64,000 nt of DNA from Azolla caroliniana (taxonomy: Eukaryota; Plantae; Polypodiophyta), in the NCBI GenBank assembly GCA_043228905.1, contig JBHGNT010000010.1, forward strand, positions 9,672,001-9,736,000, read 5' to 3'. Below, piece by piece: positions 63,301-64,000 of this stretch. Numbering within the stretch: position 1 is the first letter of the stretch; each line of letters begins with the position of its first letter. The notes under the pieces are model-generated. The model saw nothing but the letters and a program-made list of their open reading frames with translations, did no database searches and was not told where the DNA came from. Position numbers and translations under genes: made by a program.

Positions 63301-63989
63301 CACAAGCCCAACTATAGGCTTTTATAGGTTTCTCCATGCAAAAACCATGGGTTAAAACCACGAGTCGAAACCATGGTTTTGTGCCCACGTTTCTATATGT
63401 TTGCTTCCTACAAAATTTTGAATATGAAAAGAAAATATACAAATTATAAAGCACCAATAGTGGCTTTAGTGGTAAGTTAATTTGTCTCCTATCTTTGAGG
63501 TGCAAGGTTCAAGGCTTGCTTCCACCCCTATGTATACACTTAAATGTTACTAGGCTTTAGTCTCATTTTATTTACAAAGTTTGAGTGCACATTACACTTT
63601 CTCGATTTTGTTTGTTCCACACGATTTTCACACCGTTGCTGAAAATCTTCACGACAACGCTTTTGTATGCTAAACAATATTCATCTTCTACAACATGGGA
63701 ACCTGAAGGTGGTTGCCAGTTATTACTTTGTATGCTGAGTACAATTGTCCATGGAGGTAAACAAATGCCAATTGAGAAGAAAGGACAGTTGCATAGTTAC
63801 TTGGTATCGGAACAAAAACAATTATGGCTTCACGCCTTAGAAGAAAAAAGAAAGCATATTGAGGCCGCAAAGAAATATGCCGCACAAGAAGATACATCAT
63901 GGTGGGATGTCCTTTTTAGTGATAAAAAAGGAATTATAGACAATTGTGTATTTGGTGATAATTGGGATTTGGAAACGTCATTCACATGA
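60335..63989 (+). pseudogene. DDD transposase, Sola1/DUF7869-like, split by a gypsy fragment
   Basis: Motifs CC..GC, QICRVAF, F.RLWK..F.NV.IP...GYCSIC, LMIDGMD, IQLDNTARENKN and VGHTHDHIDQMFS. The C-terminus resumes at 63657 (LYAKQYSSSTTWEPEG). 39-bp repeats (DSPFSIEEYCLSI) at the N-terminus. Multiple stops. Confidence 0.8.
62012..63656 (-). mobile_element. Truncated Ylt1-type gypsy (5' LTR, Trp PBS, gag) inserted in the transposase
   Basis: LTR 63049-63656 (TGTCGTGAAGATTTTC on -), PBS 63025-63041, gag FDGTNITKFL at 62624-62983. Flank ACGC at 63657-63660. Confidence 0.85.
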
Positions 63990-64000
63990 TCGCTACAACA

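Larger units (their letters stand above)
45818..64000. mobile_element. Large TIR DNA transposon (Sola1/DUF7869-like transposase with ParB-like and RING cargo genes); right end is beyond the window
   Basis: Left TIR GGTTAAAAGCATGTGAGTGGAAACA follows TATA, with subterminal TAGCTAATTAGCTA. The internal genes are listed below. Continuity to the transposase is inferred. Confidence 0.6.

Overview
Eukaryotic, most likely non-seed land-plant (bryophyte/fern-like, inferred from the TE lineages) heterochromatin-like DNA, made almost entirely of nested, mostly decayed transposons. It has one apparently intact host gene (36034-36660, a secreted or membrane Ser/Pro-rich AGP-like protein). Contents: (1) three Ty1/copia elements plus fragments; (2) two near-identical RTEX-like LINEs with (CT)n tails that bracket a tRNA-Leu(UAA)-derived A/B higher-order tandem array; (3) a triple nest of LINE > Tcn1-like chromovirus with a self-priming PBS > fungal-like (Ylt1-type) gypsy; (4) several more Ylt1-type copies or solo LTRs with a tRNA-Trp PBS and 4-bp, CpG-centred target sites. 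The best candidate for an undescribed system is a large (>18 kb) TIR DNA transposon that starts at 45818 (25-bp TIR, TATA TSD, empty site visible at 28643). It carries a Sola1/DUF7869-like DDD transposase arranged head-to-head with a spliced ParB/Srx-fold gene, plus a RING-finger gene and arrays of perfect palindromes. A matching right end of the same family lies at 25500-25524. Family names come from motif recognition by eye; no database search was run.
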